This document shows, one piece after another, positions 19,003 through 29,200 of a stretch of 64,000 nucleotides of DNA; the first letter of the stretch is position 1, and each line of letters starts with the position of its first letter. Under the pieces are notes generated by a model that was given only the letters and a program-made list of their open reading frames with translations, had not been told where the DNA came from and searched no databases. The stretch covers positions 96,001 to 160,000 of the forward strand of contig OY969926.1 of the NCBI GenBank assembly GCA_963704645.1, written 5' to 3'. The position numbers and the translations under genes were made by a program. The DNA comes from an uncultured bacterium (GTDB lineage: Bacteria; Patescibacteriota; JACMRA01).

Positions 19003-20367
19003 CTAACTGTTAAAAACCTCAATTTTGGCCCCAATAGAATTTAGTTTTTCAGCTATAGATTCATAGCCACGGTTAATAGAATAAACGTTTCTAAGCACTG
19101 ACGTTCCTTCTGCGGCTAACATGGCAATTAAAATAATCATTGCAGGGCGAAGAGCTGGAGGGCAAACTACTTGTGCAGCTTTTAACTTGGTTTTACCGTG
19201 CACAAAAACCCTGTGCGGGTCGGCTAAAATCATATTTGCACCTAGCCTATTTAATTCCATAAAATATATAGCTCTGTTTTCCCAAGCCCAATCGTGAATT
19301 AAAGTTGTTCCTTCAGCCTGCGTTGCGATTGGCACAAAAAATGGTAAATTATCAATGTTTACACCTGGGAAAGGGCGGCCATAAATTTTGTCATCTAAAG
19401 CTTTTAATTTAGATTGCTTTATCTGAATATCTACCAACTTGGTTCTACCATTTTCGGCTAAATAAGCTTTGGAAAGTTTAAATTTTAAGCCCATTTTTTC
19501 AAGTTTTAACAACTCCAATTCCAAAAAATCTATTGGACAACGCGTAACAGTAATTTCGGAATCTGTTGTTACAGCCGCTGCAATGTACATCATGCTTTCA
19601 ATTGGATCTTCAGAATTAGTATATTCAACATCCATATTAATTTCCTTCACCCCATAAATTGTTAAAGTGGTTGTGCCCACGCCTTCAATTTTAACCCCAA
19701 ATTTTTCTAAGAAGAAACAAACTTCTTGCACCATGTAATTACTGGTAGCAAATTTAATTACAGTTTTTTCTACTAAACTAGCTGCAATTAGCAAATTCTC
19801 CACAGCTGTGTCTCCAGATTCGTACATTATAATTTCTGAAGATTTTAAACCTTTATTAGTAACAATGTAATTATTTTCTTCTACTTTAACTTTCACACCC
19901 ATTTTTTCTAACCCAAAAATATGAGCAGCAACGGTGCGCTTCCCCATTTTACAACCTTGTGAGTTAGGCAAGCTGAAATTATTAAAATAATGAACTAAAG
20001 AGCCCATAAACATTATAATTGTCCTGGTTTTAGAGGCAGACTGTCTATTTATATTTTCTATTGCTATAACTTTTGGTGGTACAATTAACAAGCTGTTTAA
20101 ACCCGTCCATTCAACTTTAAAATTTATACTTTCAAGCACTTCTATAATTCTATATACTTCTTCAATTCTAGGTATTCCGTATAATTTAGTTTTTCCCTTG
20201 TTTAACAAAGAAGCACAAAGTAAACCCATAGCTCCATTTTTGGAATAATTTGTAGCTACGCTTCCGTGTAATTTAGTACCGCCTTCAATTCTAAAATCTA
20301 AACTTGGCGCATGATTTGGCTTTAAAGTTTTGGTATTTTCTTCTTTAATTATTTCTTTTGTATTCAT
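19003..20367 (-). CDS. murA: UDP-N-acetylglucosamine 1-carboxyvinyltransferase
   Basis: IEGG..L.G, SKN, GCKMGKR (catalytic Cys), PFPG, ENR, RGYE. Confidence 0.95.
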   Translation of the reverse strand: MNTKEIIKEENTKTLKPNHAPSLDFRIEGGTKLHGSVATNYSKNGAMGLLCASLLNKGKTKLYGIPRIEEVYRIIEVLESINFKVEWTGLNSLLIVPPKVIAIENINRQSASKTRTIIMFMGSLVHYFNNFSLPNSQGCKMGKRTVAAHIFGLEKMGVKVKVEENNYIVTNKGLKSSEIIMYESGDTAVENLLIAASLVEKTVIKFATSNYMVQEVCFFLEKFGVKIEGVGTTTLTIYGVKEINMDVEYTNSEDPIESMMYIAAAVTTDSEITVTRCPIDFLELELLKLEKMGLKFKLSKAYLAENGRTKLVDIQIKQSKLKALDDKIYGRPFPGVNIDNLPFFVPIATQAEGTTLIHDWAWENRAIYFMELNRLGANMILADPHRVFVHGKTKLKAAQVVCPPALRPAMIILIAMLAAEGTSVLRNVYSINRGYESIAEKLNSIGAKIEVFNS

Positions 20368-20523
20368 ATTTAATTGTTATCAATATAATCTATTTAGATG
20401 TAATTGGGGTTTTTTAAGTCTGGGATGTTTGCACACTAAATATACAATTTATGCATTTGTGATTGCATATTTTTAAATCAGTACGCCCCAAGATACAACC
20501 AGCATGTAAATATATTCATAACC

Positions 20524-20561
20524 TGTCAAAGTTTGACACATAGTTAATTCTGAACTAAAAT
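20524..20561. promoter_or_regulatory. Back-to-back -35 boxes; sigma70 promoter of the pilin gene
   Basis: TGTCAA-AGT-TTGACA; TTGACA(20533)-17 nt-TAAAAT(20556). Confidence 0.65.
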
Positions 20562-20570
20562 TAGCCCAAT

Positions 20571-20993
20571 ATGCACAGTTTCCAAGCCCGCAGAAAAACC
20601 ATTAAGCAAATTATTTTTTGGACTATAATTTTAGGTGCTTTCGTTGCCTTATTTGTACCAATTCTAGCTAGTGCCCAGCCAGCAGATGTTTGCGAAGTGT
20701 TTGGAAACTGCGCAACAGGAATAGATCAATACAGCGGAGGTGGAACCAACAGTTTAGCCCAGTTAATTTTAACAATTGCTTATACTTTAGTTTACATTTT
20801 TGGAGCTATTTCAGTTTTGTTCATGGTATTTGGAGGCTACACCATGATTTCCAGTGGAGGAGATTCAGCTAAATACAAAAAAGGCTTGGAAACAGTGAAA
20901 AATGCAATAATTGGAATAGTTTTAAGTATTGCTTCTTTTGCCATTGTAAGCGTTATTGGCAGCGTATTTTCTACTGTAGACATTGGGAAATAG
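20571..20993 (+). CDS. CPR-type pilin (TrbC/VirB2-like)
   Basis: Signal peptide, then ISVLFMVFGGY.MISSGG....KKG..TVKNAIIGIV. Confidence 0.85.
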   Translation: MHSFQARRKTIKQIIFWTIILGAFVALFVPILASAQPADVCEVFGNCATGIDQYSGGGTNSLAQLILTIAYTLVYIFGAISVLFMVFGGYTMISSGGDSAKYKKGLETVKNAIIGIVLSIASFAIVSVIGSVFSTVDIGK

Positions 20994-21257
20994 CTCACCT
21001 TTTCTACTTTCAAATGAAGCCAAAGCTCAAGCTGAGACAAACTCAACACTTATCTTAACTCAACATTTAGACTGTAAAAATAAGTTTAGACTAACAGCAA
21101 ATCTGGCTTAAAGGGGAAGCTGTTCGACCAAGACAACACACACTCAAGTTTGCCGTGATAATTTAATAAGGTGTCAGTGATATTCACTTTTGATAGCCTA
21201 CAAACATAGAAAGCTTGACATACCAACAAAAAACCATTTTTTTCTGTAATACGTGTT

Positions 21258-21348
21258 GGAGAGGTGACTGAGTGGTCGAAAGTACCTCACTGCTAACGAG
21301 ACGTCCCTTCAACAAGGACCCAGGGTTCGAATCCCTGCCTCTCCGCCA
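21258..21348 (+). tRNA. tRNA-Ser(GCT)
   Basis: Acceptor stem GGAGAGG/CCTCTCC, CT-GCT-AA loop, long variable arm, TTCGAAT, CCA. Confidence 0.9.
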
Positions 21349-21376
21349 CCAAAAGAAACAAAAAATTAACGAGCTT

Positions 21377-21452
21377 GGATTCGTAGCTCAGTCGGTAGAG
21401 CAATGGACTTTTAATCCAGTGGTCGTGGGTTCGATCCCCACCGAATCCACCA
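21377..21452 (+). tRNA. tRNA-Lys(TTT)
   Basis: Cloverleaf, CT-TTT-AA loop, CCA. Confidence 0.95.
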
Positions 21453-21649
21453 ACAAAAATACAATAAGTTTAATCTTGTATTTCATTTTATAAGCGATGC
21501 CCCCTAGTGGGGCTAAACTTGTGGGATAACTGTGGATAACTTTAAACTTTTACTTATTAGAGGAGTGTGCAACTTTCATCATCCAAGGGAGTAGATTGCT
21601 AATTGTACCTTTTAAAAAACAAAAACACATTATTTAATTATATATCTGC

Positions 21650-21682
21650 TTAGACCCTAAAACAAATTCACGGTGATGGTTC
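21650..21682 (-). repeat. Degenerate TGTCACCCTGAA-type palindromic repeat
   Basis: Minus strand GAACCATCACCGTGAATTTGTTTTAGGGTCTAA; aligns with the 23523 and 51192 copies. Confidence 0.6.
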
Positions 21683-21706
21683 AAAATAATGTCACAATTA
21701 CTACAC

Positions 21707-23374
21707 CTACAACCCCTTCAAAACCAAACTAATTCTCTTCTCAATCTCACTTAGACTTAATATGGAAATTAATTCAAAAGGTGTGGCAGACTTAGCCCTA
21801 CCCGAAAGTGTGTAACGCAAAGGCCACAGCATATTTCCAGCCTGAATTTCATTTTGTTCCAAATAGCTTTTAAAACTATTTTCCCAGAATACAACCAGAT
21901 TGCTCAAAGCAAAGTTAAATTCAGATTCAAAGCTAATATCCTGCAAATATTTAACCAGTAAACTTTCTAATTCTGTTTTGATTTGCTCGGCGACCAACCA
22001 ATTTTCCTGGATATATTTTAACGCGATTTGCAAGTTTTCCTTTGTTTCTTCAGCATTACTTTTCTTCCAAATTACTAAGCTAGAATCTGGAGCCTGCCAA
22101 TTTTTTAATACTTCACTTTCTAAGCCTATTTGGCTTAATAAACTAGCCCTATTTTGATCTAATTTCCAACCCAAATAATTTAAAGTTTCTTCAGATAAAT
22201 TTTCTACAGGGTCTCTTGTAATATCGTTATTAAGACTGACAAAACCAAGCTCAGCCGAACGCTCAACGAACTCTGGCAAGCTTAACATGTTAATATATTG
22301 CTTATTAAACCAATCAAGTTTCTCTAAATTAAACCTAGCGGGAGACTTAGATAATTTTTCCAAACTAAAATCTTTAGCCAAATTATCTATAAGTTTAGCC
22401 AGCCTTTCAGACTGATTCAGTTTTAAGAAATCATCTTTTTCTAAGTATAATTCTTTTTCTGTTCCAGGGTTCCACCCCAAGAAAGCAATATAATTAACTA
22501 CAGCTTCAGGTAAATAGCCTTTGTCTAAATAATCTTGTAAATTAACATTTCCATCGCGTTTACTCATTTTTTTGTTACCAACTTCACCTAGAATAACTGG
22601 TAAATGCATGTAATCTGGCACAAAACCAAAATAATCTTGGAACATTACAACATGCTTTGGAAGGCTTGAATACCATTCCTGAGTTCTAATTACCAAAGTA
22701 GTTTTCATTGAATAATCATCAATAATATGGGCAAAATGGTAAGTAGGAAAACCGTCCGATTTTATAGCTGTGAAATCTTCTTCTAAATTTAAATCAAACT
22801 CAGTAGTTCCAAGTAAAACATCGGTAGTAGTAACTTTGCTTTCCCGTTGCAGCTTATACATTAAAACTGGTTTGGCTGAATTAGACAATCCTTCTTCCAA
22901 ATTAACAAACATTTTTTCTTCTCCAAACTTTTCTAAACAAATTTTAAAATAGTTAATTGGCCTTTTATTTAATTGCTTAAGTTCTTGTAATTCTTGTTTT
23001 TCTTCAGGTGTTAGATAATTCCAATAAGCCAACTTTTTATCTATCATTTTTTGAGCATGTTGGTGATAAATATCTAATCTTTCAGACTGAATATATGGAC
23101 CATATTCTCCAGCTTGATATACATTGTAAAAACTATCGGCAACACCATTCTGGTTTAAAGTTACACCTTCATCAGCCGATAAACCAATACTAGATAATGC
23201 TTTTAATAAAATTTGAACAGTGCTTGGTTGAAGTCTGTTTCTGTCTGTGTCTTCAATTCTTAAGTAAAAAATACCGTTATTAATTTTAGCCATTAACTTT
23301 GTGAACAACACTGTTCTTGCCGTTCCAATGTGTAAAAAACCTGTTGGTGAAGGGGCTTGTCTTGTACGAAACAT
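21707..23374 (-). CDS. gltX: Glutamate--tRNA ligase
   Basis: RTRQAPSPTGFLHIG, RIEDTD, GPYIQSER, KSDGFPTYH, KMSKRDG. Confidence 0.97.
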   Translation of the reverse strand: MFRTRQAPSPTGFLHIGTARTVLFTKLMAKINNGIFYLRIEDTDRNRLQPSTVQILLKALSSIGLSADEGVTLNQNGVADSFYNVYQAGEYGPYIQSERLDIYHQHAQKMIDKKLAYWNYLTPEEKQELQELKQLNKRPINYFKICLEKFGEEKMFVNLEEGLSNSAKPVLMYKLQRESKVTTTDVLLGTTEFDLNLEEDFTAIKSDGFPTYHFAHIIDDYSMKTTLVIRTQEWYSSLPKHVVMFQDYFGFVPDYMHLPVILGEVGNKKMSKRDGNVNLQDYLDKGYLPEAVVNYIAFLGWNPGTEKELYLEKDDFLKLNQSERLAKLIDNLAKDFSLEKLSKSPARFNLEKLDWFNKQYINMLSLPEFVERSAELGFVSLNNDITRDPVENLSEETLNYLGWKLDQNRASLLSQIGLESEVLKNWQAPDSSLVIWKKSNAEETKENLQIALKYIQENWLVAEQIKTELESLLVKYLQDISFESEFNFALSNLVVFWENSFKSYLEQNEIQAGNMLWPLRYTLSGRAKSATPFELISILSLSEIEKRISLVLKGL

Positions 23375-23522
23375 GTTTTAACTAGGCTTTTTGTGTGTAA
23401 ATTTGTCAAAGAGCAATCTTGCAATCCAACTCCAAGGCCAACACTATCATTATTAGTCTTTACCACCCAGACTGCTCACCGTTAGTATTGCTAGAATTTT
23501 AATTAATTTGAGTTTCAAGAGC

Positions 23523-23556
23523 TTAGACCCTGAAACAAGTTCAGGGTGACAGGCTC
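23523..23556 (-). repeat. TGTCACCCTGAA-type palindromic repeat
   Basis: Minus strand GAGCCTGTCACCCTGAACTTGTTTCAGGGTCTAA (perfect stem ACCCTGAA/TTCAGGGT). Confidence 0.8.
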
Positions 23557-23610
23557 AAAATATTGTGTCGGGATAAACTCTATCTATTATTTGATAATTC
23601 ACACACAGCG

Positions 23611-23639
23611 TTGACAAAAAATAATAGCACATTTAGTAT
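23611..23639 (+). promoter_or_regulatory. sigma70 promoter of tRNA-Thr
   Basis: TTGACA-17 nt-TAGTAT. Confidence 0.65.
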
Positions 23640-23663
23640 TAGATGGTGTTGCGTTAAAGTAAT

Positions 23664-23739
23664 GCCAAATTAGCTCAGTTGGTAGAGCAACGGTTTTGTA
23701 AACCGTAGGTCGTTGGTTCGAACCCTACATTTGGCTCCA
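23664..23739 (+). tRNA. tRNA-Thr(TGT)
   Basis: Cloverleaf, ACGGT-TT-TGT-AA-ACCGT, CCA. Confidence 0.95.
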
Positions 23740-23821
23740 TTTCTGGATATCCTTTTTTGAAGAATTTTTAAAATTAAACACAAATAAAAATCAATTTAAA
23801 AATTAGTACATTGAATACTAA

Positions 23822-23935
23822 ATGAATAAAATTTTAAAACTTTTTTCCCAAAATAAAACTTTTTGGATACTAATTCTAACTTCATTTGTAGTTATGTTGC
23901 TTGGAGTAATAGCTAAACATTACACACCCTCATAA
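23822..23935 (+). CDS. Putative 37-aa hydrophobic peptide
   Basis: MNKILKLFSQNKTFWILILTSFVVMLLGVIAKHYTPS; stop lies inside a terminator hairpin. Confidence 0.4.
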   Translation: MNKILKLFSQNKTFWILILTSFVVMLLGVIAKHYTPS

Positions 23936-23957
23936 GTAAAACTGAGAGGTGTTTTTT
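23925..23957 (+). terminator. Intrinsic terminator
   Basis: ACACCCTCA...TGAGAGGTGT followed by a T run. Confidence 0.6.
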
Positions 23958-24068
23958 GTTATTTTAGTAAGAATATATAACACTTGCTAGTTTTTTTGAT
24001 AATCAAAACAGGTCACTAATTGACATTTAGTCTATCGCCAGCAACTCTTAATTTATTAATCACTCCCA

Positions 24069-24518
24069 ATGCTCAGCGTAAATAATTATAGTATAAAATA
24101 CATAGACAAATGTAACCAGCAAATAAATACACAACTTTCTGCTTACAGTAACTTACTAAGCAAGTTAAACGGACAAACTTCTGCAGCTAGCATTGAAATT
24201 TATAATTTTGAAAACCTTTTCTTCAACAATTTAGTTTTAGTTTTAGACAATTTATTTGCACACAGAAGCAGGGCTATAGAAAAAAAGGATGGTAACGCTT
24301 TGAACGAAGTAAGAGTTTTATGCAATTCAATAATTAATAATAATGCTGAATTGTTAGAAGACCCTTCGCTTAAATTAAACTCAGAAACTTCTGTTTTAAA
24401 ATATACTGCCGGCCAAAAAATTAAGTTAAATTTAGCAGACTTCAGCAGTCTTTCCAAAGCATACTTTCAAGAAATGAAAGATAAATATTCTGAGAAATCG
24501 GAAAAATTGATAAAGTAA
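24069..24518 (+). CDS. Hypothetical protein
   Basis: 149-aa ORF, FFNNLVLVLD..F.HR.R..E.KDGNALNEVR. Confidence 0.75.
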   Translation: MLSVNNYSIKYIDKCNQQINTQLSAYSNLLSKLNGQTSAASIEIYNFENLFFNNLVLVLDNLFAHRSRAIEKKDGNALNEVRVLCNSIINNNAELLEDPSLKLNSETSVLKYTAGQKIKLNLADFSSLSKAYFQEMKDKYSEKSEKLIK

Positions 24519-24522
24519 AATT

Positions 24523-24786
24523 ATGACATTAGAATCTTTTCAATCTTTTATAGATAAAATAAAACTACAAACCGGCAGAAATATAGAAGAATATGCCAAA
24601 TTTGCAAAGGCCAAAGGTTTCTTTAAACCCGACGTTAAGGCTGGCCAAATTGTAGATTGGCTTAAAAAAGATTTTGGCTTTAAACAAGGTGATGCAATGG
24701 CTATGTACGGGTTATTTAAATATATGGGCTTAATTACTAAACCCGACAGGGCAGCAAAACCAAATGATAGTATTGACAAATTGTAG
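24523..24786 (+). CDS. DUF4287-like protein
   Basis: SFQSFIDKIK.QTG, KAGQIVDWLK.DFG...G.AMA. Confidence 0.75.
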   Translation: MTLESFQSFIDKIKLQTGRNIEEYAKFAKAKGFFKPDVKAGQIVDWLKKDFGFKQGDAMAMYGLFKYMGLITKPDRAAKPNDSIDKL

Positions 24787-24821
24787 GTTTTTAAGATTTA
24801 AAGAATAGAACACTAATAATT

Positions 24822-25151
24822 ATGGCCAAGAGCATTGAAATCACCTATTTTCCAACTGCAACAGCTAGATGCTTAAATTGCGGAAGTATCTACACAGCTG
24901 GAATGACAACAGAAAGTTTAACAATTGAAGTTTGCGGAAACTGTCATCCATTTTATACACAACAAGACACTTTGGTAGATACAGCTGGTAGAATTGAAAA
25001 ATTCCAAAACAGAATGGCTAAAGCTACAGCTGCATTAGCTAAAAAAGACTCAACCAAGAAGAGAAAGTTTAAGCAATCTTTAGCAGACATAACAGCAGAA
25101 CCTGATTTTTCTGAAATAGAAAACACAGAGACTGTTGACAAGGAAGCATAA
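24822..25151 (+). CDS. rpmE: 50S ribosomal protein bL31 (Zn-binding type, C-terminal extension)
   Basis: CLNC...EVCGNCHPFYT...DTAGRIEKF. Confidence 0.95.
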   Translation: MAKSIEITYFPTATARCLNCGSIYTAGMTTESLTIEVCGNCHPFYTQQDTLVDTAGRIEKFQNRMAKATAALAKKDSTKKRKFKQSLADITAEPDFSEIENTETVDKEA

Positions 25152-25196
25152 TTTTTTTCTTCTATACTAAACTTTCAGACCTTACGAATTTAGCAG

Positions 25197-25715
25197 ATGA
25201 AGATTTATTACACACAGCCAACTCTTAGCATTAAGTCTAAGAACTCTAAGTTTCTTAAAGGGTCTTTTAAGTCTACCGTTAAACAATCTGGTTTAAAGAA
25301 ATCTATAGATTCCTGGATAGAAAGTAATAACAGCTTTTATTTCCAAATTGTAGGAGTATTTATTTTAACAATTGGAATGATTTTGTCTTTACAAAACTTT
25401 TTAGATGGAACCAAGTTGAATGCTTCTGCTAAAGAAAACAGCGAAGTTAGAATATTAACTAATTTCAAACAATCTACTAAAGCCAACGCCGATTCTAATA
25501 ATTTACAAGAATTAACAGATGTTGTAATTGCTCCTGTCAATAACACTGTTGTAGAGCAAACTTACGTTGAATACACTGTAAAAAAGGGAGATAGCCTAGC
25601 TTTAATAGCCAGTAAATTTAAAATTACTTTAGAAGATGTAGCTAAATTAAACAGTCTTGATACAAAAGCTAGCTTAAACGTTGGTTCAAAAATTAAAGTA
25701 CCTTTCCAGGGTTAG
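25197..25715 (+). CDS. Membrane-anchored LysM protein
   Basis: TM helix plus YTVKKGDSL..IA.KF...LN.L..LNVG.KIKVP. Confidence 0.9.
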   Translation: MKIYYTQPTLSIKSKNSKFLKGSFKSTVKQSGLKKSIDSWIESNNSFYFQIVGVFILTIGMILSLQNFLDGTKLNASAKENSEVRILTNFKQSTKANADSNNLQELTDVVIAPVNNTVVEQTYVEYTVKKGDSLALIASKFKITLEDVAKLNSLDTKASLNVGSKIKVPFQG

Positions 25716-25943
25716 TTTAAAAATATTTACAGAGGCTAATTAATAGAATCTATGATTATGCCTATGTTGAATATTACACTAATAAATTATTAAGTATCTT
25801 CTAACAATATCAATCGATTAAAAGTTATGATCTGATAAAGAAGGTATATAGCACATTTACTAGAAGGATACTCACAAATAATATGCTGGACAAATACCAA
25901 CTTTTCTTGACAAAGAGCTAACGAATAGACATTTTTATTTTAC

Positions 25944-26027
25944 GCCCAGATGGTGAAATGGTAGACACACTAGCCTTAGGAGCTAGCGCCGCAAGGTATG
26001 AGAGTTCAAGTCTCTCTCTGGGCACCA
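25944..26027 (+). tRNA. tRNA-Leu(TAG)
   Basis: CTAGC-CT-TAG-GA-GCTAG, variable arm, CCA. Confidence 0.95.
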
Positions 26028-26047
26028 TAAAACTATTTAAAATATTA

Positions 26048-26070
26048 AACCCCGCAAGGGGTTGTTTTTT
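26048..26070 (+). terminator. Intrinsic terminator
   Basis: AACCCC-GCAA-GGGGTT followed by a T run. Confidence 0.8.
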
Positions 26071-26240
26071 ATTATCTACCTTTACAGTACCAAACTAACC
26101 CAAATTCGTGTAAAATGCTAGGTAATTCCAATTTACAATTACTTAATATTAACCTCTACATAGTTTGGAAACTGTGGCTAATCATTAATTAGAAAATCAT
26201 TCTAGGGAGAAAGTGAGTCAGCTGATCTCCGAGCTGCTAA

Positions 26241-29200
26241 TTATACTAGGCTAACTGTTGTGGCAGTGTTACCATTACTAGCTCCAATCTGACCTTTAAT
26301 GGCTACAGACGCCGATGCATTACCTGTAGCAACCCCACTACAATTTACATTACTTCCAGTTGTAGAGCAAGAGCCTGTGAAACCTCCTCCAATGCTTAAT
26401 TTAAAACTAGCAGGAAGAGTTTTACCAGCTGGCAATGTAAAGGAACAGCTAACTGTGCTATTAGCTACTAAAACTAGCCCTCCTGGAGTGCAGTTTACAC
26501 TTAGGCTAGATAAATCTGATATAGATAAACTTGAACTGGTGTTAGAAAAATTAACATTAGCTATACTTATTATGTTTTTAATTCCATAACTATCTACAGC
26601 TTCAACTTCCACAACTTGTATGCCACTAATTCCAACTGGAACGTAGCTTAAAGCACTTCCGCCAACACTAGCCACTTCGTTTCCATCCACTCTTAATCTT
26701 ATTGCAATAATTGTTTTACCTGAAGCACCTATTGTGGTTGCACTAGCGGTTATAGTTGCAGGTGCATTTCCTCCAGCAGTTAAGTTTGAACTAATGACTG
26801 GCTTGTTATTTTGTTCAGCTATTTGATCTTGTTGACTTGTTTCCGTGGGAAGAATACAATAACCACCTTTGTTATTCAAAGACTCGGTAGCCTTAAGCCA
26901 GTTAGGCTGCAGGGGGAATTCTGAAATTGGTTCGGCGCAAATTTTTTCTTCAGAATTTTGAGGTAGTGTTCTACCTTCAACTGCCAATTTTCCAGTTAAC
27001 ATATCAATTTTAACTTTTCTTAAAATTACAGCCGATCTATTTTGAAAAATATTCTGAGCTCTTGGGTTATATTCTGGGTTATTTACTCTAGAACCTGCTT
27101 CTTGCAATGCCTTTAGCTGATTAGGAGTTAGCAACTCTGATGTGCCAGAATCACTTAGAAAACCTGTCTTTGAGTCAATTTTAACACTTTGCAAACCTTC
27201 TCTTGAACATTGCTTCTTTTCTCTACCTTGGTGAATTGCTGTCATTAATCTCTTCCAAACAAAGGCGTTAGAGTTAGAGGCACTGGCAGTGTCTTTCATG
27301 GGTGTATTATCTGTATTTCCAACCCACATTGTCATGGTGAAATAAGGACTAAATCCAACTGTCCAAGTATCTCTTACATCGTTAGAAGTTCCAGTTTTTG
27401 CAGCTATTCTCCAGCCGTCGATTTCTAAGTTTCTTCTAAAAGATCCCCAAACAGCAGGATCTCTAGCACCGTAGTCACTCATAATATCGCAAACCTGACG
27501 AGCAATTAATGGGTCTATGGCTTTGTCTACACGTGGATAAATATCATCGCATGTCTTAGCACATAAATCTACATTAGTTTTTGTATCAATTACGTTTTTA
27601 AATGGTCTTGCCGTTCTTAAGTTTCCATCTTGTGCAAAAGTGCTCATACCTGTTGCGTGTGAAAGCATAGATACTTCACATCCTCCTAATGCGGAGGCGA
27701 GCGTGCACCTATCACGGTAGGCAGAACTTGCCTGAGACAAATCATCACATTTTTCTCCATCGGCGTTAGGTTGGCAAGGGTATTTAACTCCAATTCTATC
27801 TGTTAAATTAAATACCTCATTAATACCTTGCGTTCCGTTAGGTACATTACCTTGTCCGGAAGCCAGATAAGCAGCTTTTACAGCAGGAATATTTAAAGAG
27901 TTTTGCAATGCATACCTTATACTTACTGGACCAGAAAAAGTTCCACTAAAGTTTTTAGGAACATAACCTCCACCAAAATCGGTTCTGCTATCTAGCAAAA
28001 TTGTTCCCGGGTTAAAGTTTTTTTCTAATGCAGCTGCATAAACGTAAGGTTTATAACTACTACCTGGTTGTTGAGGTGAAGTAGTAATGTTTACTTGGCC
28101 ATCAATTCCTTCATTATTATAATCAGCAGAGCCAATCATAGCTAAAATTTCACCAGTTGGACCATCTAAAATAGTAGAGGCAATATTATTAGCTCCGCTA
28201 TCTAGAACATATTGCTTATAATTTTCATTAATTATATTCTGTGCAGTGTTTTGCATGTCTGGGTCTAGAGTGGTAACTATTTTGTAGCCTCTTGTGTATA
28301 AAGCCTGTTCAGAAATGTTAAACTTACGTAGTTCCAATGTAATATAATCTTTAAAGTGTGGATATAAAACATCAATTCTGTTTGGTATAAATACAACCCT
28401 ACCCAATTCTCTTAAAGCTCCAGCCTGATTTTTATCTGTTGCTACAGATACCTCTACTTGTTGTAATTTGGTTAATTCGTCGTCTGTTTTAATGAATGGA
28501 TCTACATTGTCACCTTCCAATTTATTTTGCCTTAACTTAGTGAGACAAGTATTCTTTCTAGATTCGTATACCTTCCATGCCGATGTGTCATATTTACCTA
28601 TACTTCCATTGTAAACTGATGGTTGCTGAACTAAACCAGCAAGAAAACAAGCTTCAACAGTGGTAATATCTTTTACATCTTTACCGTAATAACTTTTGGC
28701 TGCCTCTTGCACTCCGAATGCATTCCTACTAAAACCTACTTGGTTTAAATACAATTCAAGAACCTGACTTTTATTTACAACTTGGTTTAATTTTACAGCA
28801 GTAATTAGTTCTTCAACTTTTCTTTGTGGAGTTTTAGCATCGTTGCCTGTAAAGTTTTTTACTGTTTGTTGGTAAAGTCCACTACCTCCACGGCAATCTT
28901 CTTTAGACTGAGTTATAATAATTTTTGCACAATCTACTATTGCTCCACCTATGTTAGACCACGGAATTCCATCTGGGTTATAGTTGAACCTTTCGTCTTC
29001 CAAACCAATTATGGCCAATTGCATATTTTTAGGAATACAATTGTTGCTTTTATCTTCAACACCGTCTTTAATTGGGCAAAGACCTACTACTTCCCTTTTC
29101 CCTTCATCAAAAAACTTAAAGAGTTCGGTTTTACCATCTCTAGCATAAACAATACTACTTTCAATTTGCTGAGTATTCAGCGGCAAACTATTATTATAAA

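Noticed and set aside
20994-21257. Structured ncRNA before tRNA-Ser
   Set aside because: No convincing fold or known RNA motif; only a TTGACA box
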